Below, in pieces: positions 39,481-50,090 of a DNA stretch of 64,000 nucleotides (positions are counted from its first letter, which is position 1; each line of letters opens with the position of its first letter). The position numbers and the translations under genes are program-made. The stretch spans positions 30,069 to 94,068 of the forward strand of contig JBAYVA010000004.1 in assembly GCA_041674805.1 (NCBI GenBank), given 5' to 3'. The notes below the pieces were generated by a model, which was given only the letters and a program-made list of their open reading frames with translations, had not been told where the DNA came from and searched no databases. The stretch comes from Candidatus Magasanikiibacteriota bacterium (GTDB lineage: Bacteria; Patescibacteriota; Patescibacteriia; Magasanikbacterales; UBA922).

Positions 39481-40656
39481 ATGATACCATTAATGAAATA
39501 TGCTTTTTTGAATGAGTTTGAAACTAAAAAAGCATTAGCAGATTTTATTTTAAAGACAGACCGTTTGAGTATGGACGTACAATGTTCAGAATTTGAAAAA
39601 AAATTTGCTTCTTTCCAAGGAAGTAACGATTCTATTCTTTTTAATAGTGGTGGAAGTGCAAATTTGGCAATTATACAGTCTTTAAAAAACTTAGGAATAC
39701 TAAAAGAAGGAGATAAAGTGGGATTTTCTGCGCTGACTTGGTCAACCAATATAATGCCTATAATCCAGCTTGGTCTTATTCCTGTACCTATAGATTGCAA
39801 TATTAATACTCTTAATGTTATGTCGTCTGATTTGGAAGATAGAATTAGAGAAACTTCTTTGAAGGTTTTGTTTTTGACTAACGTTTTAGGATTCGTCGGG
39901 GATATCTCCAAAATAAAAGAAGTATGTAATAAAAATGATATTATTTTATTGGAAGATAACTGTGAAGCATTAGGGACTGAATTGCCAGAAGGGAAAACTG
40001 GAACTTTTGGGTTGTGTGCTAGTTTTTCTTTTTTTGTTGCTCACCATATGTCTTCTATAGAAGGTGGTATGGTGTGTACTAATAATGAAGAATTGGCTGA
40101 AATGTTAAGAATAGTGCGTGCTAATGGTTGGGATAGAAATTTAACAGCTCAACAACAATATAAATGGAGAAAAAAATTTAATATAAATTCAGAATTTGAA
40201 GCAAAATACACTTTTTATGATTTGGGATTCAATATGAGACCTACTGAAATAACAGGTTTTCTAGGTTCATATCAGCTTCAATTTTTAGAAGATAATATAA
40301 AAGCTAGAGAAAAAAATTATTTGTTAATTGAAAAAATCGTAAAAGATAACGATGATCTTGTTACATTAACACATGATCATATAAAATGTCTTTCAACTTT
40401 TGCTTTGCCTGTGGTCTGTAAGAGTCATGAGCTAAGAGAACACTATTTGGCTAGATTTGCCGGAGCTGGTATAGAAGTGAGGCCAATGATAGCAGGGAAT
40501 ATGCAGCGTCAGCCTTTTTATTATAAGTATGTAAAAGAAAAATACAATGTACCAAATACAGATTTTATTCATGATAATGGATTTTATTGTGGTAATTATC
40601 CAGAACTTACAGAAACAGATTTACAAACAATTTCAAGTTGTTTGTTAAAATATTAA
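39481..40656 (+). CDS. DegT/DnrJ-family PLP enzyme, ColD-like 3-dehydratase
   Basis: NSGGSAN, EDNCEALG, FSFFVAHHMSSIEGGM (His at the usual Lys position), NGWDRNL. Confidence 0.8.
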   Translation: MIPLMKYAFLNEFETKKALADFILKTDRLSMDVQCSEFEKKFASFQGSNDSILFNSGGSANLAIIQSLKNLGILKEGDKVGFSALTWSTNIMPIIQLGLIPVPIDCNINTLNVMSSDLEDRIRETSLKVLFLTNVLGFVGDISKIKEVCNKNDIILLEDNCEALGTELPEGKTGTFGLCASFSFFVAHHMSSIEGGMVCTNNEELAEMLRIVRANGWDRNLTAQQQYKWRKKFNINSEFEAKYTFYDLGFNMRPTEITGFLGSYQLQFLEDNIKAREKNYLLIEKIVKDNDDLVTLTHDHIKCLSTFALPVVCKSHELREHYLARFAGAGIEVRPMIAGNMQRQPFYYKYVKEKYNVPNTDFIHDNGFYCGNYPELTETDLQTISSCLLKY

Positions 40657-40659
40657 ATT

Positions 40660-41532
40660 ATGATTGTTGTAAGATTAATAGGTGGATTAGGAAATCAACT
40701 TTTTCAATATGCTCTGGCAAGAAAACTTTCTGTTCATTTAGATACCAAAGTTGTTTTGGATATAACTCCTTATAAAAAATATAAATTACACAAATACGGA
40801 CTTGATAATTTCAATATTTGTTCTAAAATAATATCTGGCAGAGAGAAAATTTTTTGGTATTTTAAAAAAATAATATTATTTGATAAAATATTTTGCATAA
40901 TATCAAAAAAATTTCGTAATGCCATATATATTACTGAACAGCAATTTAATTTTGATAAAAAAATATTTTTAGATTCAAAAAAAGATACCTATTTGGATGG
41001 TTATTGGCAGAGTGAAAAATATTTTTTAGATATTAGAAAAAATCTTTTAGGTGATTTAATTGTTTCTAAACAAATAGAAGGTAAAAATTTGGAATTGTCA
41101 AAACAGATTAATAGTGTAAATTCAATATCTTTACATGTGCGTAGAGGTGATTATGTTTCTAATATTAAAACAGCGCAAGTGCATGGTGTTTGTTATTTAA
41201 ATTATTATTATAATGCGATTGATTTTTTATCAAAAAGAATTGAAAATCCTGTATTATTTATTTTTTCTGATGATATAGAATGGGTTAAAGAAAATTTAGA
41301 AACAACTTTAAAATGTATTTACGTTGAAAATAATAGTGCTAATTTTAATTATGAAGATTTAAGATTGATGAGTTTGTGTAAACATAATATTATTGCTAAT
41401 AGTTCTTTTAGCTGGTGGGGTGCTTGGCTTAACAATAATCCAGACAAAATAGTTGTTGCTCCTAAAAAGTGGTTTAATGATTCTTCAATTAATACAAAAG
41501 ACTTATTACCAGACGATTGGGTAAAAATATAA
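40660..41532 (+). CDS. Glycosyltransferase family 11 (alpha-1,2-fucosyltransferase-like)
   Basis: GGLGNQLFQYA, GYWQSEKYF, HVRRGDY, FSDD, NSSFSWWGAWL. Confidence 0.93.
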   Translation: MIVVRLIGGLGNQLFQYALARKLSVHLDTKVVLDITPYKKYKLHKYGLDNFNICSKIISGREKIFWYFKKIILFDKIFCIISKKFRNAIYITEQQFNFDKKIFLDSKKDTYLDGYWQSEKYFLDIRKNLLGDLIVSKQIEGKNLELSKQINSVNSISLHVRRGDYVSNIKTAQVHGVCYLNYYYNAIDFLSKRIENPVLFIFSDDIEWVKENLETTLKCIYVENNSANFNYEDLRLMSLCKHNIIANSSFSWWGAWLNNNPDKIVVAPKKWFNDSSINTKDLLPDDWVKI

Positions 41533-41535
41533 AAT

Positions 41536-42339
41536 ATGAAAAAACCTGAATTTTCAATTTTAATGGCAAATTATAACAATGCTAAATATTTGAAGCAAGC
41601 CATAGAATCGGTTTTGAATCAGACATATATTAATTGGGAACTTATTATAGTAGATGATTGTTCTGTTGATAATTCAGTTGATATTATAAAAAAATATTTA
41701 AAGGATTCACGAATTATTTTTTTAAAACATAAAAAAAATATTGGGTATGTTGGTGTTTTGAAAAAGATGATCTCTTTGGCTAGTTCAGATTTAATTGGTA
41801 TTTTGGATAGTGATGATGCTTTAAAAAAAAAAGCTGTAGAAGAAGTAGTATCTTGTTATCTAAAAATGCCCGAAATTGGTATGGTATATACACAGTTTCA
41901 ATATTGTGATAAAGATCTAAATCCAGTTAAAAATGGTTATTGTCAAGAGGTTTCAATTTCAAAGAGTACACTGGACTGTGATGTTGTGAGTCATTTTAAG
42001 ACTTTTAAAAAAAGTGTTTATTTAAAAACTGAAGGTTATAATGAATTTATAATATATGCTGAAGATAAAGATTTAGTTTTCAAATTAGAAGAGGTAACAA
42101 AAATGTTTTTTTTAGATAAAATTTTGTATGATTATAGAGTATTAGAAAATTCTCAAGGTAATGATAAAAAGAAATCTTTTAGAAGGTTGATTTCTTTAAT
42201 AAAGGCTAGGAAACAAGCTTATAAAAGAAGAAAAAATACAAATAAAAGATCTAGTTTTTTAAGTTTTTGGTTAACAAATGTAAAATTAATTTATAATAAT
42301 TTTGTTAGATTAAAAATTAGCTACCTATGGAAAAAATAA
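41536..42339 (+). CDS. Glycosyltransferase family 2
   Basis: ELIIVDDCSVD, LDSDD, AEDKDL. Confidence 0.9.
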   Translation: MKKPEFSILMANYNNAKYLKQAIESVLNQTYINWELIIVDDCSVDNSVDIIKKYLKDSRIIFLKHKKNIGYVGVLKKMISLASSDLIGILDSDDALKKKAVEEVVSCYLKMPEIGMVYTQFQYCDKDLNPVKNGYCQEVSISKSTLDCDVVSHFKTFKKSVYLKTEGYNEFIIYAEDKDLVFKLEEVTKMFFLDKILYDYRVLENSQGNDKKKSFRRLISLIKARKQAYKRRKNTNKRSSFLSFWLTNVKLIYNNFVRLKISYLWKK

Positions 42340-43235
42340 CTGTTGCAATTTGTACTTACAATAGATCTTATTTATTAAAAAAGGTATTAGAAAGTTTAGT
42401 AAATCAAACTGTTAAAAAAGATTTTTTTGAAGTTTTAGTTGTAGATAATAATTCTAGTGATAATACTAGAGAGGTTGTTAAAATTTTTGAATCTTTACTT
42501 TCTTTAAAATATGTTTTTGAAAATAAACAAGGTTTAAGCTATGCTAGAAATCGTGCAATAAAAAACTGTCAAACTGAATATATTTCTTTTATTGATGATG
42601 ATTCTATCGCTGAGAATAATTGGTTAGAGATTGCGTATGATTTGATTAAAAATGGCCAGTATGATATTTTTGGTGGTAGTATTTATCCTTATTATATAGA
42701 TAAAAAAATTTGGTTTTTGGATAAATATGAAATTAGAGAACCTGCAGTTGTTAGTAGCTTTTTACATAATAATCAGTTTTTGTCTGGTTCAAATATTTTT
42801 TTTAGAAGAAGTATTTTTATTAAAATTGGTAATTTTGATCAAAAATTAGGCATGAAAGGTAATAAAATAGGTGTTGGTGAAGAAACTTTATTACAAATTT
42901 GTGCTGACAAAAAAGAAATAAAAAGATACTTTTCTAGTAAATTGATTGTATATACATTAGTGCCTATTAAAAAAATGGAATTAAAATATTTGATAAAAAG
43001 GACTTTTATTACAGGATATGTGAGCAAACAAGTTTTTATTAGTAAAAGAGGATTGTTCGTGGATGGAGTAAGATTTTTTATGTCTATTTTATTAATTATT
43101 TTTTCTTCTATAACTATGATTTTTAGGAATAGAAAAAAATATAGGTATTGGCAAAATTATTTTGTTGAAAAAATTTGTAATTATTTTTATGTAATAGGAG
43201 TATTTTTTTCATATTTTAGATTAATTAAATTTTAA
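42327..43235 (+). CDS. Glycosyltransferase family 2
   Basis: ICTYNR, VDNNSSD, GLSYARN, FIDDD, GEET. Confidence 0.9.
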   Translation: MEKITVAICTYNRSYLLKKVLESLVNQTVKKDFFEVLVVDNNSSDNTREVVKIFESLLSLKYVFENKQGLSYARNRAIKNCQTEYISFIDDDSIAENNWLEIAYDLIKNGQYDIFGGSIYPYYIDKKIWFLDKYEIREPAVVSSFLHNNQFLSGSNIFFRRSIFIKIGNFDQKLGMKGNKIGVGEETLLQICADKKEIKRYFSSKLIVYTLVPIKKMELKYLIKRTFITGYVSKQVFISKRGLFVDGVRFFMSILLIIFSSITMIFRNRKKYRYWQNYFVEKICNYFYVIGVFFSYFRLIKF

Positions 43236-43263
43236 AATAATATAGTTTATAATATAGTTAAAT

Positions 43264-43989
43264 ATGCAAAACAAAAAAATAGGTATTTTAGGTTATGGAG
43301 AAATTGGTCATGCTATGGCTAAATTTTACAAAAAACCATTGATTAGGGATATAGAAATAAATACTTTTCAAGAAAATTTGGACATCCTTCATGTTTGTTT
43401 GCCATATTTAAAAAATTTTGAAGAGGTTGTTTCATATAATATTGTTACTTATAAACCAAAAATAGTTATTATCCATTCTACAATTGGGCTTGGAAGTACT
43501 TTGAATTTATACAAAAAATTTGGCAATGTGGTACATTCTCCTGTCCGTGGGGTACATCCTTATTTGTATGAAGGTATAAAAACTTTTGTTAAATATATTG
43601 GAGCTGATGATAGAAAATTAGGTATGAAAGTAGCACGACATTTTAGGTCTATTGGTATAAATAATCTAAAAGTTTTAGGAAGTTCAAAATCTAGTGAACT
43701 TGGGAAATTATTAGACACAACTTATTACGGACTTTGTATTGCTTATCATGATTATGCTAATAAGATTTGTGTTGAAGAAAAAGTTGACTTTGAAGAAGTT
43801 ATGTCAGATTTTAATACAACTTATAATGATGGTTATAAAAAATTAAAAAAAGAAAATGTTATTAGACCAGTTTTGTTTCCACCCAAAGATGGTAAAATAG
43901 GTGGACATTGTATAATGCCTAATGCTCAAATATTAAAAAAAATATTTGGCGACGATGCTATTTTGAAAGCCATACTTAGACACGAATAA
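43264..43989 (+). CDS. Short nucleotide-sugar dehydrogenase-like protein
   Basis: GYGEIG Rossmann motif, IIHST, HSP, SELGKL, IGGHC; lacks the C-terminal domain. Confidence 0.7.
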   Translation: MQNKKIGILGYGEIGHAMAKFYKKPLIRDIEINTFQENLDILHVCLPYLKNFEEVVSYNIVTYKPKIVIIHSTIGLGSTLNLYKKFGNVVHSPVRGVHPYLYEGIKTFVKYIGADDRKLGMKVARHFRSIGINNLKVLGSSKSSELGKLLDTTYYGLCIAYHDYANKICVEEKVDFEEVMSDFNTTYNDGYKKLKKENVIRPVLFPPKDGKIGGHCIMPNAQILKKIFGDDAILKAILRHE

Positions 43990-43995
43990 GAATTT

Positions 43996-45120
43996 ATGAA
44001 ATTTGTTATTTTGAATTCAGATTATCCAGTTTTTATAGAAAGTGTAGCCAAACAAGACACCTCTTTTTTGTCAGTTACATATGATGAACAGACAAAAATA
44101 TATTTTGATAAATTTTTTGGTACGGCTAATTTTTATTCAAAAAATCTTTGTTTATTGGGACATGAAGCTCAAGATTTTGTAATTAATAATCAATATTTAC
44201 AAAAAAAATGGTTAGTAGATCATGATTTATCTTATAATAAGATATTAGAACTGTTTGATAAAAATAGAATTTTGAGGACTCTTAAGAGGAAGTTTTATTT
44301 TTCTAGTGATTGGTATTATAAGGCTATTCTTGCCCAAATAAAAGAATATCGTCCAGATGTGATATATATACAGTTGATGGCCCACATTTCCCCTGTTTTT
44401 TTGAAAAAAATAAAAAAATATTGTAAATTATTAGTTGGACAGATAGCTTGTCCTATGCCTAGTTTAAATTATTTTAAAGACTATGATCTTATTCTTTCAT
44501 CTTTACCAAATTATGTTGAAAAGTTTAAAAAAGCAGGTATTAAGAGTGAATATTTCAAATTAGGTTTTGAAAAAGAAGTACTCAATAATCTATCAAAAAA
44601 AGATAATTTTTTTGATGTGGTTCATATTGGTGGTTATGGGCCTGTACATAATGAAAGAAATGCTTTGTTAGAAAAAGTAAGTAAAATTGTGCCAATTGAC
44701 TTTTGGGGGTATGGCGTTAACAATTTGTCATCTGAAAGTCCAATTAGAAAAAAAATTCATGGTGAATCTTGGGGAGTAAATATGTTTGAAACGCTTTATA
44801 ATTCTAAAATAACTATGACTAAACATATAGACTCTGTGGCTGGGGAATATGCGAATAATATGACACTCTTTGAGGCAACTGGAGTTGGTACTTTGTTAAT
44901 TACTGACGAAAAAAAGAATTTATCAGAACTTTTTAAAATTGGTGAAGAAGTTGTGACCTATAAGAATGCTGAAGATCTTGCTGATAAAATAAAATATTAT
45001 TTAGATCATGAAGAAGAACGAAAAAAAATTGCTCTTGCAGGACAGAGGAGAACTTTGACTGAGCATACTTACACAAATCGAATGCAAGAATTGATTAAAA
45101 TTATTGAAAATTATTTATGA
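43996..45120 (+). CDS. CgeB-like glycosyltransferase (GT-B)
   Basis: NNMTLFEATGVG, IKYYLDH.EER..IA.AGQ.R...EHTY. Confidence 0.85.
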   Translation: MKFVILNSDYPVFIESVAKQDTSFLSVTYDEQTKIYFDKFFGTANFYSKNLCLLGHEAQDFVINNQYLQKKWLVDHDLSYNKILELFDKNRILRTLKRKFYFSSDWYYKAILAQIKEYRPDVIYIQLMAHISPVFLKKIKKYCKLLVGQIACPMPSLNYFKDYDLILSSLPNYVEKFKKAGIKSEYFKLGFEKEVLNNLSKKDNFFDVVHIGGYGPVHNERNALLEKVSKIVPIDFWGYGVNNLSSESPIRKKIHGESWGVNMFETLYNSKITMTKHIDSVAGEYANNMTLFEATGVGTLLITDEKKNLSELFKIGEEVVTYKNAEDLADKIKYYLDHEEERKKIALAGQRRTLTEHTYTNRMQELIKIIENYL

Positions 45121-45920
45121 AAAAATTATTAAAAAATCTATTGTCTCCAATTCATAACTTTATTTATTCTAAAAATATACGTACTTTTTTAAAATTGTAT
45201 TTACGTTTCTCAAATGCTAAACGTTTTAAAGAAACAAAAATTAATTTTTTGAATTATTTTTTTATAGTTCCTGATAGCCTCAGTTTTGTTTATCAGTTTA
45301 AAGAAATATTTGTTGATCAAATATATAAATTTAAAAATGTTTCAGATGAACCTATTATTTATGATTGCGGTGCAAATGTAGGAACGAGTATTTTGTATTT
45401 TAAAAAAAATTACCCTAATGCGATTATTAAGGCATTTGAACCGGATAAAAAAATATTTTCTTATTTAAAAAATAATTTAATAGATAACGGAATAAATAAT
45501 GTCTTACTTGAAAATAATGCTGTCTGGATAAACAATGATGGTATAAGTTTTAGTTCTGATGGTGCTGATGGTGGTTCTATGTTTGGTGCTGATAATGTTA
45601 CTTTAGTATCTTCTGTAAGATTACGAGATTTGTTATCTAAAGAAAAATTAGTGGATATGTTGAAAATGGATATTGAAGGATCTGAAGTTGAAGTAATAAT
45701 GGACTGTGTTGATGTCTTGGACAAAGTAAATAATCTATTTGTGGAGTATCATTCTTGGAGTAAACAACCACAAAAACTGGATGAATTATTACAGGTATTA
45801 TCAAAAGCTGGCTTTAGGTATTATTTACAGACTATCAAGATACAAAGTGAACCTTTTGTAAATAAAGGGAGTGGTATGTTGATGGATTTACAACTTAACA
45901 TATCTGCTTATCGAATATGA
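45117..45920 (+). CDS. FkbM family methyltransferase
   Basis: DCGANVG, AFEPD, KMDIEGSE, VEYH. Confidence 0.9.
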   Translation: MKKLLKNLLSPIHNFIYSKNIRTFLKLYLRFSNAKRFKETKINFLNYFFIVPDSLSFVYQFKEIFVDQIYKFKNVSDEPIIYDCGANVGTSILYFKKNYPNAIIKAFEPDKKIFSYLKNNLIDNGINNVLLENNAVWINNDGISFSSDGADGGSMFGADNVTLVSSVRLRDLLSKEKLVDMLKMDIEGSEVEVIMDCVDVLDKVNNLFVEYHSWSKQPQKLDELLQVLSKAGFRYYLQTIKIQSEPFVNKGSGMLMDLQLNISAYRI

Positions 45921-46699
45921 ACAAGCAATTAATAAAAAGAATTATAGCAAAATGTTATCCATTTATTTATCGGGATGGTATTTTGATTTTGAATTACCAT
46001 TCTGTTGGTTCAAATAATCCTTTTTCTTTGTCTTTAAAAAACTTTGATGAACAAATGAATTATATTACTAAAAATTATAATATAGTGAAACTTGGTGATT
46101 TTTCAAATTTGGCTGGTGGAATAAGTTTAGTGGTGACTTTTGATGATGGTTATGAAGATAATTATTTGGAGGTTTTCCCAATTTTAAAAAAATATAATAT
46201 TCCTGCGACGATATTTCTTACTAGTGAATTTATATTGGGTAAACTTGATATTACAAAAGATTGGCTAGATTATAAAGGTTTAAAACCTCTTAAAATAGAT
46301 CAGATAGAAGAGATGAATAATTCAGGACTTGTTTCTTTTGGTTCACATAGTAAGACACACAGAAAAATGAGTAATTTATCTAAAGAAAATATAACTACAG
46401 AAGTAGTTGATTCAAAAAAAGAACTTGAATTTATTTTGGGCACTTCAATATCAGATTTCGCTTTTCCTTTTGGTCAAAAAAAAGATATTGGAGTATTTCA
46501 AGATGAGTTATTTAAGAATAGTGGTTATAAAACTGTTTGTACTACCAATTGGGGAATAAATTTATTTAAAAGTATTGATTTTTATAGACTAAAAAGAATT
46601 AGAATTGATCATTTGGACAGCTTAAATGATTTTGTAAATAAAATAAAAGGCCACTGGGATTTTGTTAGATTTTTTCAAAGTATAAAAAATTTTTTATGA
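45917..46699 (+). CDS. Polysaccharide deacetylase (NodB)
   Basis: LNYH, VTFDDGY, GSHSKTH, FAFPFG. Confidence 0.9.
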   Translation: MNKQLIKRIIAKCYPFIYRDGILILNYHSVGSNNPFSLSLKNFDEQMNYITKNYNIVKLGDFSNLAGGISLVVTFDDGYEDNYLEVFPILKKYNIPATIFLTSEFILGKLDITKDWLDYKGLKPLKIDQIEEMNNSGLVSFGSHSKTHRKMSNLSKENITTEVVDSKKELEFILGTSISDFAFPFGQKKDIGVFQDELFKNSGYKTVCTTNWGINLFKSIDFYRLKRIRIDHLDSLNDFVNKIKGHWDFVRFFQSIKNFL

Positions 46700-47871
46700 A
46701 AAAAGTTTTATTTATAAATACAGTATTTGATGGTGGTGGTGCTGCAAAAATTGTTCGTACTTTGTTTGATTACACAGATAAACAGCCGGATGTGGAAGCT
46801 TATTTTGCTTATGGTCGTGGTAAAAATGTTTATAAAAACAGAGTTTATAAATTTGGTATTTTTTTTGAGGTACTTTTCCATATTTTTATAGTAAGAATTT
46901 TGGGTATAGATGGTTGTGGTACTTATTTTTCTACTAAACGTCTTATAAATTATATTAAAAAAAATAAATTTGATTTAGTTCATTTGCATAATCTACATGG
47001 TTATTATTTAAATTATAAATTATTATTAAATTTTTTAAATAAATTAAATATACCAATAATTTGGACTTTGCATGATGAATGGGCTTTGACTTGGCTTCCT
47101 GCGCATAGTATGGGATGTCAGCATTGTATTTCAGCTGAAGGTAAATGTATAAATAGATATTTATATCCAAAGACGTATAACAAAATTTTCGCAAATTGGT
47201 CTTTAAAAAGAAAAATAAATTTGATTAGTTCTATTTCTAATTTAACTTTTGTTTCTCCTGCCAAATGGCTTGCTAAAAAAGTTAATTTGGTTTATCCAAA
47301 ACTCACTGTAAAAATTATTGTAAATAGTGTCAGTTTTTCAATTATAAACATTGATAAAAAATTGTTAAGAGAAAAATATAATTTAGGTCAAAATAAAAAA
47401 ATAGTTTTATTTTCTTCTGGAAATTTGAATGATCCAAACAAGGGTTTGAAGTATATTATAAAAATAGCTAGCAATCTGATAAAAGAAAAAGATATAGTTT
47501 TTGTTTTAGTAGGACAAGGTAAAAAGAAAAAATTATCTAATATTGTCTACTTGGGATATCTTAATGAAAAACAAATGGAAGAGGTTTATGCGCTTTCTGA
47601 TATGTATTGTTTTTTTTCAGAGGCTGAAACGATGCCATTATCTCTTTTGGAAGCAAAATCTGCTGGATTATATATTTTTTCTATGGACATATCTGCAAGT
47701 AAAGAAGTTCTAGAGGATTATGAAAGATGCTTTTTTGTTAATAATAATTCAATTTTTTTGTTGAAAGATAAAATTTTGAATTTAGACATAAATTTTCAAA
47801 AGAGGAAAAATGTTAGATACTATAATACTATTGATTTTTGTCAAGAATATTTTAAAATATATTTATCATAA
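46696..47871 (+). CDS. Glycosyltransferase family 4
   Basis: GGAA, HLHNLHG, WTLHD, ETMPLSLLEA. Confidence 0.88.
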   Translation: MKKVLFINTVFDGGGAAKIVRTLFDYTDKQPDVEAYFAYGRGKNVYKNRVYKFGIFFEVLFHIFIVRILGIDGCGTYFSTKRLINYIKKNKFDLVHLHNLHGYYLNYKLLLNFLNKLNIPIIWTLHDEWALTWLPAHSMGCQHCISAEGKCINRYLYPKTYNKIFANWSLKRKINLISSISNLTFVSPAKWLAKKVNLVYPKLTVKIIVNSVSFSIINIDKKLLREKYNLGQNKKIVLFSSGNLNDPNKGLKYIIKIASNLIKEKDIVFVLVGQGKKKKLSNIVYLGYLNEKQMEEVYALSDMYCFFSEAETMPLSLLEAKSAGLYIFSMDISASKEVLEDYERCFFVNNNSIFLLKDKILNLDINFQKRKNVRYYNTIDFCQEYFKIYLS

Positions 47872-47880
47872 TATTTTAAA

Positions 47881-48621
47881 ATGAAAATCTCCCTCATCAC
47901 AATTTCCTACAATAGTGCCAAAACGATTGAAAAAACTATTCAATCTGTTTTGTCGCAGACTTATACAGATATTGAATATATTATTATTGATGGAGCTTCG
48001 ACAGATGGAACTTTGAAAATATTTAATAAATATAAAGATAAAATTAGTAAAATAATTTCTGAAAAAGATAAAGGTATTTATGATGCCATGAACAAAGGTA
48101 TCTCTTTGGCTACTGGAGATGTTGTTGGAATTATTAATTCTGATGATTTTTATATTGATGAATTTTCTATAGCCAAAGTTATGGATTGTTTTGAAAATAA
48201 TAAAGTGGATGCTTGTTATGCTAATTTGGAATATTTGAATAGAGAAAATATTGATAAAAAAGTAAGAAGTTGGAGAGCAGGTGAGTATGATCAAAAGAAA
48301 TTATCAAGTGGTTGGGCTCCTCCACATCCTACTTTTTTTGTTAAAAAAGAAATTTATGAAAAGTATGGTAAATTTAACTTGGATTTCAAAATAGCTGCAG
48401 ACTATGAGCTAATGTTGCGTTTTTTGATCAAAGGTATTAATATTGTTTATATTAATGAAAACTTGGTTTGTATGAGGGAAGGTGGTCATAGTGCTAAGAG
48501 TGTTGCTCAGAGAATTAAAGGTTGGCAGGAGATTAGAAAATCTTGGCAAGTGAATAATAGACAAGTTCCTAAATGTTTGATTTTTAGAAGAATTTTGTCA
48601 AAATTATCACAGTATATATAA
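47881..48621 (+). CDS. Glycosyltransferase family 2 (WcaE-like)
   Basis: IIDGASTDGT, DKGIYDAMNKG, INSDDFY, PPHPTFF, AADYELMLR. Confidence 0.9.
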   Translation: MKISLITISYNSAKTIEKTIQSVLSQTYTDIEYIIIDGASTDGTLKIFNKYKDKISKIISEKDKGIYDAMNKGISLATGDVVGIINSDDFYIDEFSIAKVMDCFENNKVDACYANLEYLNRENIDKKVRSWRAGEYDQKKLSSGWAPPHPTFFVKKEIYEKYGKFNLDFKIAADYELMLRFLIKGINIVYINENLVCMREGGHSAKSVAQRIKGWQEIRKSWQVNNRQVPKCLIFRRILSKLSQYI

Positions 48622-48627
48622 CTTAGA

Positions 48628-48720
48628 AGTTTGTAAAGTTAATAAAGTAACTGTTTTTGATATTTCAACTTATTATACAGCTTTTCAGGCCTTTTTAGCC
48701 TTTCAAGCATTTTAAGCCTT
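48628..48720. repeat. Junction with an AAAGT-type left arm (48628-48648) and an orphan AGCCTTT-type right arm (48679-48720)
   Basis: agtttgtaaagttaataaagt; agcttttcaggcctttttagcctttcaagcattttaagcctt. Confidence 0.7.
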
Positions 48721-48725
48721 TTTAT

Positions 48726-50090
48726 ATGAAACTACTCTACATCGGCGCCGGTTTTGTCGGCACATGCTCAGCTGCCGTTTCCGCTTCTAGTGGACACGAA
48801 GTTTTGGTTTATGATATTGATGAAAAGAAAATAAATATGTTATCATCTGGCGACCGTGATCAAATTGAGGCTTGTCTTTTTGAAGAAGGCTTGAGTGATT
48901 TGCTTACACGCAATAAAGAAAGAATAGAATTTACTATTGATTATAATAAAGTCAGTGAATTTTTGGAAAATTGTGATGCTATTTTCATGTGTTTGCCAAC
49001 TCCAGAAATTGGTGAAACAGGGGAGAGTGATCTCAAATATTATAATTTGGCTGCAGAAAAATTGGCTGAAAATTTGCTTAAAAGAAATAATAGTGAGCAA
49101 AATAAATATGTAGTTATTATCAACAAAAGTACTGTACCAATCGACATGGTAGATAAGACTGCTGAAATTTTGGAAAGTAAGGGCGTCAAAAATTTTGGGG
49201 TAGTTTCTAATCCAGAATTTTTGGTGGAAGGCAAAGCTATTCAAGGTTCAATCAAACCAGACAGAATTGTTGTTGGTGCTTGGAACGAAAAAGATTTTGC
49301 GATTATGAAAAAAGTTTACGAACGTTTTTGCAATTCTCCACAAACTAAATATATTGAAGTCAATCCTAAGGAAGCTGCAGCTGCAAAATTATTGGCAAAT
49401 TATATGCTTTTCAACAAGTTGGCTGTTTGTTTCGATGTCGTCGGTCGTACTTGTGAAAGTTTTGAAGATTTGGGATTTGAAAATGTTCGCAATGCTTTGG
49501 TTACAGATCCACGTATTGGAAGTTGGGGATTGTATGACAGCCTTTATGCTGGAGGAAGTTGTTTTATCAAAGATGCGCGTTCATTATCTCATCAACTCAA
49601 ACAAAAAAATCAAAATACAGTTTTGGTAGACGAAGTTTATTTGTCCAACAAAAGACAGCTCAAAAATTTCTTGGAAAGAATAGAATCTGTAAGTGGATTT
49701 GAAAACAAAAAAATCAGTATTTTAGGAACTGCTTTCAAACGCGATACCAATGATATTCGTAATTCAGCTAGTATCGAAATAATGAATTATTTGCAAGACA
49801 AAAATTTTGCTGAAATAAATATTTACGATCCGGCTGCCATGGACAATTTCAAAAAAATGTTTCCTGAATCAGTAAATATCAAATATCACAGCCATGAGTT
49901 TGAAGCAATTAGAAATTCTGATATAATAATCATAGCGACAGACTGGCCACAATTTCGTGGTTTGGCAGATATAATTATGTCAGAGATGTCTAACAAAGTA
50001 ATTATTGCTGACGGTCGTCGTATGCTCGCACATCGTTATGAAGATTTGAAGAATTCTGGGTTTAAGGTTGTGGCGGTGGGAAGTAAATAA
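48726..50090 (+). CDS. ugd: UDP-glucose/GDP-mannose dehydrogenase family protein
   Basis: IGAGFVG, CLPTP, NKSTVP, NPEFL.EG, GGSCFIKD, FKRDTNDIRNS. Confidence 0.85.
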   Translation: MKLLYIGAGFVGTCSAAVSASSGHEVLVYDIDEKKINMLSSGDRDQIEACLFEEGLSDLLTRNKERIEFTIDYNKVSEFLENCDAIFMCLPTPEIGETGESDLKYYNLAAEKLAENLLKRNNSEQNKYVVIINKSTVPIDMVDKTAEILESKGVKNFGVVSNPEFLVEGKAIQGSIKPDRIVVGAWNEKDFAIMKKVYERFCNSPQTKYIEVNPKEAAAAKLLANYMLFNKLAVCFDVVGRTCESFEDLGFENVRNALVTDPRIGSWGLYDSLYAGGSCFIKDARSLSHQLKQKNQNTVLVDEVYLSNKRQLKNFLERIESVSGFENKKISILGTAFKRDTNDIRNSASIEIMNYLQDKNFAEINIYDPAAMDNFKKMFPESVNIKYHSHEFEAIRNSDIIIIATDWPQFRGLADIIMSEMSNKVIIADGRRMLAHRYEDLKNSGFKVVAVGSK

